From: Heteronotia binoei
Lineage: Eukaryota
Assembly (NCBI RefSeq): GCF_032191835.1
Contig: NC_083237.1
Location: forward strand, 12,772,001 to 12,836,000
DNA length: 64,000 nt
Reading direction: 5' to 3'
Shown here: in pieces, positions 63,901-64,000 of the stretch
Numbering within the stretch: the stretch's first letter is position 1
How the letters are laid out: every line of letters begins with the position of its first letter
Notes under the pieces: model-generated
The model's database searches: none
Told to the model about the DNA's origin: nothing
Seen by the model: the letters and a program-made list of their open reading frames with translations, nothing else
Position numbers and translations under genes: made by a program

Positions 63901-64000
63901 TTGCTTTTTTATACATAATGGAACATTGTATACATATCCTTCTAAGCACTCTACAATGTTTTATTCCACTGCACCATAATAAATTATTGGTGTGTGTGTA

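Overview
Vertebrate DNA, most likely a squamate and probably a gecko (inferred from Sauria-type SINEs, CR1/L2/Penelope fragments and hAT MITEs). The window opens with the last two coding exons and 3' UTR of HNRNPC. It then runs through a replication-dependent histone cluster (H4 x2, one with a 1-bp frameshift; H2B x3; H2A; H3; all with 3' stem-loops) interleaved with 11 tRNA genes. Inside the cluster is an intact 2.7-kb single-exon ORF for a BED-finger/hAT-transposase-derived (ZBED-like) protein with eroded catalytic motifs. It has a candidate CpG-island first exon head-to-head with an H2B gene and is bracketed by an inverted duplication. Other notable structures: a 3.1-kb foldback-type element, a Penelope-derived hammerhead ribozyme motif, a 5S-box-C-like minisatellite split by a solo LTR, several local inverted duplications, and near-identical histone paralogues. 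Six N-gaps hide sequence, including the H2A and H3 cores. No database searches were run: family names come from motif recognition and memory, and repeat boundaries are approximate unless a TSD is given.
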